This document shows, in pieces, positions 25,891 to 40,134 of a stretch of 64,000 nucleotides of DNA. Position 1 is the stretch's first letter. Every line of letters begins with the position of its first letter. The notes under the pieces are model-generated. The model searched no databases and had not been told where the DNA came from. It worked only from the letters and a program-made list of their open reading frames with translations. This DNA is from Eledone cirrhosa (taxonomy: Eukaryota): contig OZ024740.1 in assembly GCA_964016885.1 (NCBI GenBank), positions 394,754,001-394,818,000 on the forward strand, written 5' to 3'. The position numbers and the translations under genes are program-made.

Positions 25891-27488
25891 GTTAGTATTT
25901 TTATCAATACACGGTTCTTCGATAAAATTGTGTTCGAAAGTGTTAATTTGAATAGGAACTATATAAATTTGGTTGCGGAAGGGGGTCATAAAACCAGGAG
26001 TGATTTGGGGTGGCTTGATATTAAATAGGTTAAAGGCATTCCAGCCATGATCATACGGCCTTTTACTCTATATAGGGCACCCTGGACCAACATGTCTTCA
26101 TATGGTTGTGAGTTAGTGTCTTTATGTATATAACAACTAATCTGTGGCTGATATATAAGCAGTAAGTACTGTATTGTAGTGTATAATTATGCCTTGTACA
26201 GGATCGGCAACTATTTAGTGCAGTAGTAGTTTCTGGCTCTGAAGATAAGGTTTTGCTTTTCAGTTACCGTTTCTCTCCCCCATATCTCTCCCCCATCTCT
26301 CTCCCCCATTTCTCTCTCTCTCTCTCTCTCTCCCAATTTATCTCACCCCATTTCTCCTCATTTCTCTCCCACCTCTTTACCTCTCATTTCTCTATCCGTT
26401 ATAGAATTGTTGGTCGCCAACTAATAAATCAATAAATAACAATATCAGTAGAAACGATCTCTGTACAGTATGATAGTTCTGTTCTAATCTGGAGATATGA
26501 CCTCAATCACCCTTGCCGCCGAAGATAACAGTTTATCTCAAAAGCTAATAAAGAATATCTACTTTATGTTTTACACATAATCATCATCATCCTCGTAATC
26601 ATCATCGTCATGTTCATCTTCATCATCATCATAATAATCTCTTTTTCTGTGTGACTCTTTCTCGCTTTCTCTGTCCCTCTAATCCTTCTATTCCCCCCTC
26701 TCTTGTTCTCCCCTTCTATCTACTTATCTCTACTTCATACTATACCCATTTACTTGTCTGACATTCAATCTTCCGGTTTATGTCGGACGTTTCTTCCCAG
26801 TATAACAATCTTCATTTGTGACTATAAGTTGACTATGTGTTATCATCACAAAAGCCTACAATGATAATAATAATGATAATAATGATAATAATAGTAATAA
26901 CAATGATAAATAGTTGAATAAATAAATAACTTAAAGAGGTTATCCGTCCATAAGGTTAAGCACAATATGGCTCCAATTCAGCTGTAGTAGTTTTGTTGAT
27001 GTATTCTTCTTTGTTTGCACTTCAACCAAAGCAAGAATAGGAAGGCCACTGGTATACAAAGAAAGGACTTGAGAATCAATTACACGCAGAGACACACATG
27101 CTATTTCTTTCTCTCCAAGCTTATCCAGTGTTTGTTTTCAAATGCCCTTTCTGCTCTAACGTGTGCTTTTCAATCGCTGGCTTGAAATCACACCAATGAG
27201 CACATGACGGCAAAGTCAAAGTTGATTATTCAAACTTCGTTGCAGAGAATCAATTCCAGTGCCATGTTTGTCAGAAAGTTTGCAACTCAGATGGTGGATT
27301 GAAGCGATATCAGACCATACACAATAAGTTAACCAAAAGTGGAAATAAGACATCATTTTATTATTTGTGAACGGGTCTTTCATATGCTTTCAGGTTTCAA
27401 AAGCGATTTGAGATTTGGGATCTCATGCCAGAAAGGAGTAGACATAGAGCGCAAGAAATGGTCAAGCTTTGTATATATATATATATAT

Positions 27489-27699
27489 AGTTTCGATCGA
27501 CTTTCGCCAAATCAGACCGAGGAAACGATGTTTCTATTGGTCTTTACAATTGCTAGTACTCTCTATCGGTCGCAACTCTAGATAGAAAGAGCAAAGTGAA
27601 ATAAAGTGTCTTGCTCAAAGACATAATGCCTCGTCTGGTCTAGAAATCGAAATCACAACTGCGAATCTAATTCTCTTACCACCCAGGCACGCGCCTTCA
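27489..27699 (-). mobile_element. SINE family B
   Basis: Homologous to 18908-19089. Confidence 0.8.
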
Positions 27700-27717
27700 C
27701 ATATACACACATATACG

Positions 27718-27843
<126 letters not shown>

Positions 27844-27889
27844 CATGTATATATGTATGTATGTATGTGTGTATATATATGTATATATG

Positions 27890-28170
27890 TCAGGTTACCT
27901 GTTGGTGCTACTGGTAACATGTATCCCAGTACAACCTGTCTCATGATCGGGTCGTTGGCGACTAAACTGGCAACCCCACCAAGGTTTCTTGGTGAGGAGG
28001 GTGACTTTGGACATCCTGCAGGACTAAAAACAAAACCTGTCAAAGGGCAAAGGACCTTTTAAGAGTCAATGGCCATCCAAAATCACCGGGAGAGATGACC
28101 CCTTAGCCTTTGTCAAGGCAGAATTCTAGGAGAAGGAAAACTCTGATATAACACCTGCAACCCTGATGGT
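27890..28170 (+). mobile_element. RTE-type 5'UTR/SINE-like repeat; related copy at 44945-45097
   Basis: CCAGTACAACCTGT..GGTGAGGAGGG..AAAAACAA shared with 44.96 kb; CTAGGAGAAGGAAAACTCTGA resembles RTE 5' regions (recollection, not verified). Confidence 0.45.
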
Positions 28171-28827
28171 ATCCAATGATGTTGACGTGTTCTTCTTTTT
28201 GGTAAATATCATCTTGGTTAAGAGAGTGGGACTGGCTTTGTGCAGTGCCTTTGCTCACTATAAAAGCTTCATGGCACAGGCATTGCTTTATATCTGGAGA
28301 TCTCTCTGCACTTGTCGTCACATGGTACCATGGGCCCAGCACTATGTGTCAATAATTGTCACAAGTGTAGTGTTTGTACCAGAGTTTTCAAGTTGCTGGC
28401 TGGACTAAAAAATCACACTCGTTCAGCTCATCGGTAAGGGTTCTCCTACATGGATATAAAGTAGTGGCCGTACTCGAAAACGAGTTGGTAGCCACCATAT
28501 GTATATATTAGAAAATAGAATAGCTTTCACCGTATATTTTGACTAAAGAAATTTTAGTCTGATAATGGGGTTTAGAACCCTCAGATAAATGGAAAAAGAT
28601 TAGTATTGACGTATATGTATATATGTATGTATATATGTATATATATGTATATATATATATGTGTGTGTATATAGTGTAATTAAAATTTCATACACTTAAC
28701 ATGTTTGTGCGACCTTAGTTTTCGGGGTTCCATTATTGCCACCATTGTAGTCTTGTAGCATACCTACATATTTTTCACACACATGGAACAAAAGCCCAAT
28801 ATTGACCAATATCTCCAGATTGTATAT

Positions 28828-29145
<318 letters not shown>

Positions 29146-29852
29146 ATATACACTCTCTTTCTGTTTTATTTCCTTTTTCGTTTGTGACAATACTATCTCT
29201 AAAATGCTGTCTTCCTGACTATGTATAGATATTGCGTAAACTAATTCTCTCCGAAGGCTTCCATTTCTATGTCGTTTATTTAACCCAGTTTTCCAAAATA
29301 TTTTGTAAATGTGTTTCTCCCATTAGCAGTTCACCTTTTCAATTTCCTCTCTAAACATATGATTAAACAAATGAAGTAGTCTTGTATTTATTGCATTAAC
29401 AGTCTCATATTAATTTAAATTACCATTTTTAACTTTAAGAAAAATAGATCTAGTAAAAACAGAACAAATAATGATAATTTTTCTATTTAAAAACAATTTC
29501 TACCCCGGAATCAGCTAGAATCCTAAACTTTTCACTTTGGAATCTTGAAATATCCGCCCAGATATAAATTTCCTCCAACTAAAAATTGTGTAGCTAAGCT
29601 AAGTCAGCTAGGATAGAATTCACAGAAATATATAAATGAATCCGTAAAAACAAGCGTCAACTAATATTTGTATAGACCTATTATTATATTAGGCCTGTTA
29701 TTACATTACACTAAATATAGAACTTTCTATTTATTGTCATATCATCTGGCTGGAGGTGTGTCGGCAAAGAGCTATGAGCATGTCTTCTCTTCCTCGGACT
29801 TAAATATCTAAATAACTGCTTTTGCGTTAACGGTTTTCGCCAACGAAATTAG

Positions 29853-30076
29853 AAATAATGATTTCTAATTTTAGTACAAGGCTAGCAATTTGTAGTGAAG
29901 GGGAAAGTAAATTATAACGACACCTGTACATAACTGGCATTTTATTTTATCAAACCAGGAAGAATGAAGGGCAAAACTGACCTCGGCTGGATGTAAACTC
30001 AGAACGTAAAGAATCGTAAGTAAATAAAGCAAAGCAACTTGTCCAAGCATCTACAAATACTGCTAATCCTCCACCT
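29853..30076 (-). mobile_element. SINE family A (older copy)
   Basis: Diverged reverse-complement match. Confidence 0.7.
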
Positions 30077-31149
30077 ATTGCCGCGTTAGAAGCGATTATC
30101 TCTTTATTGGCCTCAAGGCCTGAGTTAGAAATGGCCGAGGTAGAAATAAGGATTTCTGACAGTTCTTACTGTTTTGTATTTATTTTATTCCTTTAATAAC
30201 ATTGAATACCTAATGTTATAACGCTGAGACAGGGTGGCCATCAAATGTAAGAATAGAATAAAATACCAAAGTCTTGATAAGAGGGAATTATTTAACATAT
30301 ATGGCGTGTTATCAAATGAAGCTATGTTTTGGTAATGTTTCAAGCCATCTGCCAGAGGAAACTTTCAACAAGAATAATCTTGGGGATTCTCACGGCGTCG
30401 ATGGAAGGCTACATGTCGGTATTTAGGGACAAATTCTCAAATTCCTTGATAGAGCAGTGCTGCCAGTATCATAGTCGGTTCAGGAAAATTATACAGGCAT
30501 AGCAACCTTATCTGTTGAGATGCAGGCATAGCAACATTGCCTGAGACGCAGAGAAAACAACGAAACCATCCTCCATAAATTGCTAAGTTGTAGAATTTTG
30601 TCAAACGTCTGTTATCCCGTGTGTAACGGACTCAGCTGCTGCCCAGTTCAGTGTGAAGAAAAGCACCATCCTTAGATAATGGAAAGCAGCCAGTTTTCCT
30701 CAGCCAGGTATCTATAGCAAAAGAGGCGTCATAGTGGATGAGAATGAAGAGTTTGTGGACAACGTATTTTATTTCCGACAAAACCTCTTAATTGGTGCGG
30801 AAGGTGAAAGAGGAGGAAAAAAAACCGATCTCCCCATCCTTCCCACGGAGCAATCCCAGAAAATCTTATTGAAAGTAGGTAAGTAGTGAATATTATTTTA
30901 ATGAGAGATTATTCAGTTTTAGCTGACCGGCAGTTGAAGCTAACTTGAAACACAGAATATTAACTGTTTTTGTGCCACACATATATTTCATGCATATTTG
31001 GAACGGACAAATCTCTCTTCAAAGCCAATATGAAGGTATTTGAGACCTATGAGACAAGGAAAAATCTCAATACAATGTCTGAGGACTGTCCTACCCACAC
31101 TAGAGGACCCAGGAAGCATACACAAAATGTTATTGACATTGTTCGATAA

Positions 31150-33212
31150 TCTGTTAAACAGAAGCCAAAACGATCGCTGGGTCTTTCCACGGAAATTTGT
31201 TGAAGGATTCTCGATGAGGATCTTAAGAAGTACCCTTACAGAATAAAGACTAAGCAAAAGCTTAGTCCCTATAGATAGCTTCTCTGTCCCACGGACGTCG
31301 GCCAGAGACTGCTCCCAATCATGTGTCACTGATATCTAGAGAGATGTCCAAAAGCTTCCAGTACATTCTGATTAGCTCTTGTTGCTAAACATTCCATTAT
31401 CATCAGACTTTTCAGTGCCCGACCGTGCAAGGTACACGTTTTGAGAATACAGATCAGTTTAATGAAATTTTATAGTGACAATTCTTGAATCACTAGCTTT
31501 GATTCGGAGAAGAATTATCCAGGTGCAACAACCAACGGTGATCACAACCACTGGGCCCACTTTTCAGAGATCCAGCCTCCTTCATATATATAAACGTCTT
31601 ATCCCTTGTGCGAAACAAATGTGAAGTAACTAGTGTACAGAAGAACAGAAACATTAACTTAACACATAGATTGTTTGGAGATGATCTGAAAGTGTATGCC
31701 AAACATATAAATGTTATGAAGAAAAACCTAGACCTATTTACGACATTCCTGAAAGATATAGGAATAGAGTTTGACCATGATAATTGTCCCTATATGAATG
31801 TAAAGCGAGGGAAAATTACTAGTCAGTCGAGCACCTTTTTATCAATCACCTGACTGTGTCACCGGTATCTGACGTTGAATGCTACCGATAATTAGGGATT
31901 ATTTATCCTATGATGGAATTTGTAACAAGGAACGACTAACCAGGGCATATAATACTCGGATAAAAATAAATGTGGACTTCGGAACTCTCTACGTACAATA
32001 AAGCAGTGACCCACATTGTGTTTGCTGTACCTGTATTAATACCAACATTTGGAATATTTGACTGGACGCCAAAGAAGATCCGAGCCTTTGATATTGAAAC
32101 CCGAATGATCTATTCGGCACCAGAACAAATGTGCACATCAACTGTGACATGGACCACTTCTACCTACGAAGTAAATAGGGAAACATCGCTCCAAACAGCG
32201 TTTGAATGCCCCGTCATATCCCTTCAACAACATTTACTAACCAACATGTTTAACTATATAACGCAGGCGACATCATAAGAGTTCGGAAGGTGCTTCTTGA
32301 GCAATACTCCCTGAATGATCTCCAAAACTCACATCCAGAGACATCATGCAGCGATACTGCAACAAATCAGTGAATGAAAATCTGTATGTTTATCATAACA
32401 AAAACGTCATCCTTGGCTATGTTGTCAGAAAGCTACAAAGTGAAAATAATATAGACCACCAAAGTAGTCTATCTGGGGCCAGCAACCGCTATATTATCTT
32501 TCACTCTGAAGGATATGCTCTTGCAATCCATGAATGGGAAATAACAACGAAATACATGTTCCACAAGAGAGATAAAGAGGGTAGCAAAACACCCAGTTGC
32601 GACAACAAACGCATATTTTATAGAAAGAACATCGAGGATTTTTCACACACTATGAACAGCTGTGAGATGTTATCTTGATATTGTCTACTTATGAGGTGTA
32701 ATGCAGTGGCCAAAGCACTATACAATGCAATGCATAAAAAGGATAGATATAAGGACAAAAATATACAAAGTTACAGCAATGTAGCGAGCATACGCACATA
32801 TAATATGAAAGAGTACTGGTGAAATGTTCCAATCAAGACCCCAATAAAATGTAAATATAACAGACCAAGCATAGTTATATAGGACAGAGAGAAGAAGACA
32901 TGCAAAGTAGTGGAAATCAGCTGTCCAGCAGATGTTAATATAGTGTTAAAGATGAGCGAAAAGAATATTTAATTTGAACTAATGAGGAACCAGCAAATGC
33001 TCCACTCTGACTGTACTTTTAGATTTGTACTTGTGATCATTGGGGCTCTAGGGTATATTACTAATTGCCTCAGTAAAAATCTTGAGAAGCTGGGCTTCAC
33101 AGAACCATAAAGAGCACAACTAATTAGGAAATTGTAAATACACTGCATTAATAAAACTATAAAAATATGTAAAACATTCCAGAAATTTAGCATGTATTAA
33201 CTACATGTACAC

Positions 33213-33218
<6 letters not shown>
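31150..33218 (+). pseudogene. R4/Dong-like non-LTR retrotransposon (RT + restriction-like endonuclease), decayed
   Basis: THRLFGDDLKVYAK (RT catalytic motif), NKAVTHIVFAVPVLIPTFGIFDWT, degenerate CCHC finger (CDNKR..EDFSHTMNSC), YNRPSIVI..KKTCKVVEISCPAD (RLE-like). Many stops; ends at (TA)n. Confidence 0.8.
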
Positions 33219-33281
<63 letters not shown>

Positions 33282-33489
33282 CGTTTCTGAATTTGTTTAG
33301 CAAGATTCTTTATCTGAAAACGTGTGTTGAAACCGATATTGTTATACTTTGGGAGGGTCATGTTGCCAATAAGAAACACACGCACCAGTTGCTTTCACTT
33401 CAATTTATTATAATAAATTTATAAATTTAGGAATTTATAAATTTCCGGTTGGTTGGTTGGTTCCACAACCAGATGGTTGTTTATATATT

Positions 33490-33532
33490 GTCAAAGTTCT
33501 TTCGTCACACGTTCTGTGACCTCTTCAGTGAC
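33490..33532 (-). ncRNA. Hammerhead ribozyme in the PLE 3' terminal repeat
   Basis: GUCA-CUGAAGA-G-GUCACA GAACG UGUGAC-GAAA-GAACUU-UGAC: stems I and II pair, stem III is very short. Confidence 0.7.
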
Positions 33533-33598
33533 TGGGGATTCTTTTCTTTGTTTTTGTCCTCAATGTAAGTTGTGATGTTGCTGTTCCACTCATGTTTT

Positions 33599-35842
33599 CT
33601 ATTTAATTTTGGTTGTAATTCTTTTGTTTATTGCCTCTGTGATTTGTCTAAACATTGCGTCTTTTCTGTGTGTAGATTCTATTTTTATTTCTATGTTCTC
33701 TAATTTACCCTTATGTTCTATTTTAGCATGTTGGTAGAGTACAGATGATTCTTTACTATCTTGAATGTCTCGCCAGTGTTCATTTATCCGTTCCCCTACA
33801 CTACGAGTTGTCTCACCTATGTACACTATATTGTCTCTACATTGTCCTTCAGTACATCTTATGCTATATACTACATTTCTAGTTTTACAGTTAATATGGG
33901 GACTTAATTTACAGGTTATACATTTCTTATCTATACAGGGACGTCTTTGAAAAGGGTATGTCTTGCTAATAAGTGTTTTTATGGAGGTACCTGGTCTTTC
34001 TACTATCTTAATATTGAGTTTATGTTTATCTAGGGCTCTTCTAAATTTGTAAGCTAATTCACCTCTAGGGGTTGTATCGATGAACATTACACTCTGGTAT
34101 TTATTTCTATCATACCATGAGTTTATTCTATTAGCCTTACTCCTAGTTCTTTCTATTCTATTCCAAAATTTGCCCCTATACAAGGGGCAGGTCACATTTG
34201 TGTCATTATTTACCATTATTTCCCATTTCGGTCTGGCTCTTCTATACACTCTAATTTTATCTCTCTGATTGTAACCAGAGAACTGCATACGGTGGATGAA
34301 GTGTTGTATGTGTCTCTCTAGTTCTTCGGGGTTGCACATGCGGGACACGTTTCTCATCACCCGTACCAAATCCGCAATCAGTATGTTGATTTTGGTATGG
34401 TCCGAAACAGCTGAGTTCGGTGGATCAGATGTTTGGAAGTCATGGGTTTGGCATAATGGGAATGGAGGATTTGTTTTTTGTTATTAATGGTATCTAACCA
34501 GAGCGCTGTGTCTAGTACAGGTAATCGATGGTTGAGGTGTTTACTTGGGTAGTCTATAGTAACTCTAATACTGTGGTGGATGGAGTTAGCTATTTGCTGG
34601 ATGCTTTCCCTTGTGGTTTTTCTCTAATTCCTGACTGTTCTCTAGTGGGGGTGTTTTAACTACGATGTTTATATCATCAACCTAGCGGAAGTACATTATC
34701 AGGGTTAAGGGGTCTTCTAATTGTTCTTTAAGTTTAAGTTTAAGTCAACTGTCCCACCATACCATGAATAAGTTAGCTATGTCGCCTGCAATGTTAACAC
34801 CAATGGCTGCTCCTTCCTCTTGGGCATATGTTTTTCCATTAAATTTGAACATATGTTCCTTAAGGGTTAATTTTATGCTGGCCCCTACCGCATGTGCAAT
34901 CATTTTCTTTAGTTCATCGTGGTCTTCGGGGGTCCGTATGGCTCTGGTCCACCCGTTGCCTCTATCTGTGTGGGTTTTCTTGGCAATTGAGGTAATGGTA
35001 GGTTGTCTTCCTCTTGCTGGTCTTGTAGGGCACAGGTTGCTAAGGTCATATGTGTCTAGGTAATTATTACTATAGGTAAGTTTAAGTAGGAGTCCCAACA
35101 TTGCTCTCACTGATCATTTATACGCATTTCTCCACAACAAAATCCACGTCAATAGATGGATACAGGGACACAACATCCATACTACCTATTATGCAGTTTG
35201 TTAGGTCCCTAGATCGGTTACCCTCGCCGATTCTGCTGAGGAGGTCCTCCGTGCTGTCACATACATCTGGGGACATTTCAATGATGGGGCGTATGATCAG
35301 AGAGAGGAAGTAGGACAGTCTGTAGTTACTAGCAATGTTAGCTCCACAGACTGGCCGTGTTGGTGGTCCCGCGACAGGGTCACTGCCCGTTTTATGGTCT
35401 TTTCGAAGCCCATACAACGCTGGCACGTCATTGTTCCAGGCCTGGAAGTTGTTGGCAGTCCTCTTGTTGGGCTGCATTATATTTGTCCACATCACCATAT
35501 GGGAATTGAGGGCTTTTTTTCTATCCTCATGCTCCTGTGGTGTTACTTCTCTTGTGTTAGTGATGTGGGGTTGCATTGCGTGGATGTAGTTTGGCAGACT
35601 GTCAACCGACATTCTGCCAGACTTGTCTGTTGGAAAGCATGCTATCTCTCCATTACGCGAGCGCTGCATGAGCTTACGCAAGCCATTTGCAGATTTTTCT
35701 CCCAGTTGCTGGGCCTCCATTCTATTATGCTTCTTGCTATACTGTTCTATAATATTTCTAAGTTTAGATCTAGCTATACTAAATTGTGCTTCTGTTTGTT
35801 CATCGACCTGCGACGGCAATTGCGTGCGTTTGTTAAAAGGTA
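33599..35842 (-). pseudogene. PLE reverse transcriptase-GIY-YIG ORF, frameshifted
   Basis: TDKSGRMSV, GSMDVVSLYPSI, QEEGAAIG..IANLFM, MYFR*VDDI (catalytic Tyr codon is now a stop), CIDKKCITC linker, VVYSIRC..VYIGETTRS..RINEH. Confidence 0.9.
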
Positions 35843-35893
35843 ATTGGCAACATGACCCTCCCAAAGTATAACAATATATATATATATATATAT

Positions 35894-35971
35894 ATTAAAA
35901 TAACAGATTAAGGTTTAAGCAAAGAATCGAGCCCTCTTTGGATTTTAGTCTTCAAATATATTATTATTACT
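35894..35971 (+). mobile_element. Family F2 mini-element (inverted segment fused to the 3' end)
   Basis: Joins 20799-20834 and the reverse complement of 20708-20752 through ATCG microhomology. Confidence 0.65.
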
Positions 35972-35988
35972 ATATATATATATATATA

Positions 35989-37307
35989 CAGGATGGGGCA
36001 TAAATACTGTTACAAAATAAAATGCAAATAGTTCTTGAAAAAATCATTTATTTCAAGATCTGACTTCAACAAATAGTAAGTAATATACTAATGTACAAAT
36101 AGTAAGTAATATATTAAACAACTGCACAAAAATTTATTCGAAATGCTTTCCTCTAGCTCTCACTACCGCTCAAAGTCTTCTAAGAAAGTCTTCGATGGCT
36201 GCACGAACAGTTTCCATGGGTATTTTCTCCCATACTTTATTCAGTTTTGATTTTAGAGTTTCAATATTTTTGGCTAGGAGTAGAGCAGGCTTCACTCTCA
36301 AGAATTGACCATAAAGAAAAATCGAGAGGGTTGAGATCTGGTGATGTGGGAGGCCACTCTTCCTTACTGATCCATGCAGGACAATGGTCTCTACAACACT
36401 GTTGTGTTACGCGAGCAGAGTGGCTCGTCACTCCATCTTGTTGGAGAGTCCAAATGTCATCGCCATAAACAGATGTGCACCATGGCATCAGTGCTCCTTC
36501 CAAAATATCCTTTATGTAAAGTTCTTTGTTAATTTTAACTCCTTGAGACACAAAAATCAGAGGAGACTTCCTTCTTTCAGAAATGGCTGTCCAAACCATC
36601 ACTGATGCTGGTTTCTGTGTTCTGAACACTTTTCCTATACTTGAAGGAATTGATTTGAGACTTTTTGCAAGTACTCCATCATTTTGTTGATTGTGAGACT
36701 GCTGCACAGTGAATAACTTCTCATCTGTAAAGATGATGTTTTGCAGCGTGCCATCCTTGATACGGTTCAATAACAGTTTACTTCTGAAGAGCCTCTTTTC
36801 AATTGTGACTGCAGAAAGAAGCTGCCTCTTTTGGAACTTATAGGGTGACTCCCCAGATCATCTCGACATATCCTCCACATAGTTCTCGGCGATATTTCTG
36901 CTTCTTCTGCCATTTTTCTCATGGATCTTCTTGGATTACGCCTTATTTTTTCCCTCACACTTTTAACGAGTTTTGGTGTTCTTGAGGTGCGAGGGTGTCC
37001 GGATCGAAGTCTTTGGTCGAGGAAGTTTCCTTAAATCGATCGATTGTCCTTTTGATCAACATTCTATTAATCTTAAAAGTTTTCCCCAGTTTAAATTTCT
37101 GGGTGGAGTCAGGCCTTTTTCATGCTTCTCTATTATGAACTTTCTTTTCAATTCTAGGGACATTGCAAATTGTTAATGGCGTAATGTTCTGAAAAATAGT
37201 TAATATGATTATAGTGCATGGATTTGATACAAATATATTAGTTATATTAGCAACATAATGTATTTTTAAATTGATTTAAAACTTTGTAACAGGAATTATG
37301 CCCCACC

Positions 37308-37310
<3 letters not shown>
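35989..37310 (-). mobile_element. Tc1/mariner superfamily DD37D (maT) DNA transposon
   Basis: TIRs CAGGATGGGGCATAAATACTGTTACAAA / TTTGTAACAGGAATTATGCCCCACCCTG with TA flanks. Confidence 0.92.
36134..37163 (-). pseudogene. DD37D transposase, frameshifted
   Basis: HTH-like region (RRNPRRSMRKMAEE), FTDEKLF, QQDG..SPDLNPLD with 37 residues between the second and third Asp; split across several frames. Confidence 0.9.
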
Positions 37311-38243
<933 letters not shown>

Positions 38244-38537
38244 AAACACATACAAATGAAAGAAAGCTGAAAAATAGGAACGTAAAGCCATTTTTCTCTT
38301 TTTGTTTATTTTTTGTAAAAACGATAGTAACAATATAAAAATAATATAAATAAACAAGAATGAGTGAGAAGAGAAATATTTTCTGCTATGTGGTTTTCCC
38401 AGCATGAGGAAGTTAGTTGCTATGCCAACCAAACATCATTGGAGGGTGTGGTGGCTAGCGGGTGAGCGTTGATGATGAGCGCGACGGTCCATGCGCTTTA
38501 TTTTCTTTCACACACTCTATTGCCATAGCTTGTTGTT

Positions 38538-38594
<57 letters not shown>

Positions 38595-38834
38595 ATGTAT
38601 TAAAGTAAAACAAGCTTTGTTTTATTTCATGAATTTTATTTTATTTTCCCCCGTATGAGATAATGACTATCAGCTAAGCTACTGTGGTGTCTGTCCCAGG
38701 AGAATGTAAAACTATGGGCGTCATAAACCACTGCCTACATTGAGATAAATAGAGAGATAGATAAATAGAAAGATAAACAAGCGTGGTTCTTGTTTGGTTC
38801 TTATACTTGCAGGAAAGATGTAGCGTCAAATGCG

Positions 38835-38877
<43 letters not shown>

Positions 38878-38939
38878 GTTGTTTTGCTTGTTTAACGGGA
38901 AAACGTGGATAAAGTATTGAGTTTAGTAATCTCCATACA

Positions 38940-39130
38940 ACAGTAAGTGTTGACCTAACTGTGTCCTCAGTAGTAAGTGTTGACCTAACTGTGTCCACAC
39001 AATAGTATTGAACTATGTTGACGTAAAAATAACTATTGACCTAATTACGTTTACGTAATAGAATCTATTGACCTAATTATATTCACATAAATAAGTATTA
39101 ACCTGTAAGCATTGACCTAATTATGCTTAT
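38940..39130. repeat. Degenerate ~30-bp minisatellite with a TTGACCTAA core
   Basis: Five TGACCTAA occurrences plus degenerate units. Confidence 0.7.
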
Positions 39131-39273
39131 TCAATGGTAAATAAGAGCTGTTGGTCATAAACATACTCTGATTTGACTTGGTTTATTTGTTGTTAGGTTT
39201 ATAAAGTAAGGATTGTTAATAAGAAACACGGTACTTTTAATAAGTACTCACTCTTCTTTACTCTTTATGAATA

Positions 39274-39550
39274 GGCGGCGAATTGGCAGAGTCGTTAGAA
39301 CGTTGGATAGAATGGCAGAGTCGTTAGAACGTTGGATAGAATGGCAGAGTCGTTAGAACGTTGGATACAATGGCAGAGTCGTTAGAACGTTGGATAGAAT
39401 GGCAGAGTCGTTAGAACGTTGGATAGAATGCTTTATGTTATTTGTTCCGGCTCTCTGCTCTCTCAGTTCAAATCCCACCGAGGTCAACTTAGCCTTTCAT
39501 CCTTTCGGGATCGATAAAAAAAAGTACGAGTCAAATACTGGGGTCGATTC
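39274..39550 (+). mobile_element. SINE family A with a 5x tandem 29-bp head segment
   Basis: TGGCAGAGTCGTTAGAACGTTGGATAGAA x5 (39284-39428), then GTTCAAATCCCACCGAGG and the core. Confidence 0.85.
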
Positions 39551-40134
39551 GTCCTGTCTCTTGAAGAAATCTGCTGTACTCAGACCTGGAGAGGGATGGG
39601 TTCCGCCAGGCTTAAATTGCCCAAGAAACGATGTGTCAATATGGCACCCCTACTACTCTATCAGGAGTTACAGGATCATACCAAATTATCTATGAACTGA
39701 TAAGTGGTTGGCAAAAGTAAGGCTGGCTTGAAATTCCCTCGTTTGTATCCCACCTCTTGCAAGTTTTTTTTTTATTATTATCATACCAACTACAACATAG
39801 TATAGTCTACTTTAGTATGAACTCAATTTGTCCTTGTAGTTCAAGAGAACTCATTCTGCTACTCTGTTTCAGATCAGATATTTCCAATCACATCGGTTCA
39901 TTTTGCCATTGATTCATTATCTCATAGATATAATACTGTGTGAGATAATTACATTGTGTAATAGCCTATTCAATATTAAACGTACGACATACATACACCC
40001 ACCAACAGGTGGATATAATTCCTTAGTCCAAAAGGATAGCTTTAACTCACTGCAACGGTTTAAAACAAATGAAAACGAATATAGTAGAATTGATGATTCC
40101 TTAAATTATGGTTTACAAGTTGTCTCGTAGTGTA

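Larger units (their letters stand above)
33278..35876 (-). mobile_element. Penelope-like retroelement (RT + C-terminal GIY-YIG, Neptune/Nematis-type Cys linker), 5'-truncated with an inverted terminal segment
   Basis: Coding fragments as in the next feature; 35843-35876 is the reverse complement of 33338-33371; ~60-nt 3' tail at 33278-33337; (TA)n flanks. Confidence 0.9.

Noticed and set aside
34660-34700. Recoded stop (readthrough or selenocysteine) in the PLE RT active site
   Set aside because: The stop is TAG at the Tyr of YVDD and the ORF also has frameshifts; simple decay.
33338-35876. DNA transposon with 34-bp TIRs
   Set aside because: It encodes RT and GIY-YIG and has an asymmetric tail beyond one repeat, which fits a PLE inversion.
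39284-39428. CRISPR-like 29-bp direct repeats
   Set aside because: No spacers, no cas genes, eukaryotic context; it is a tandem SINE head segment.
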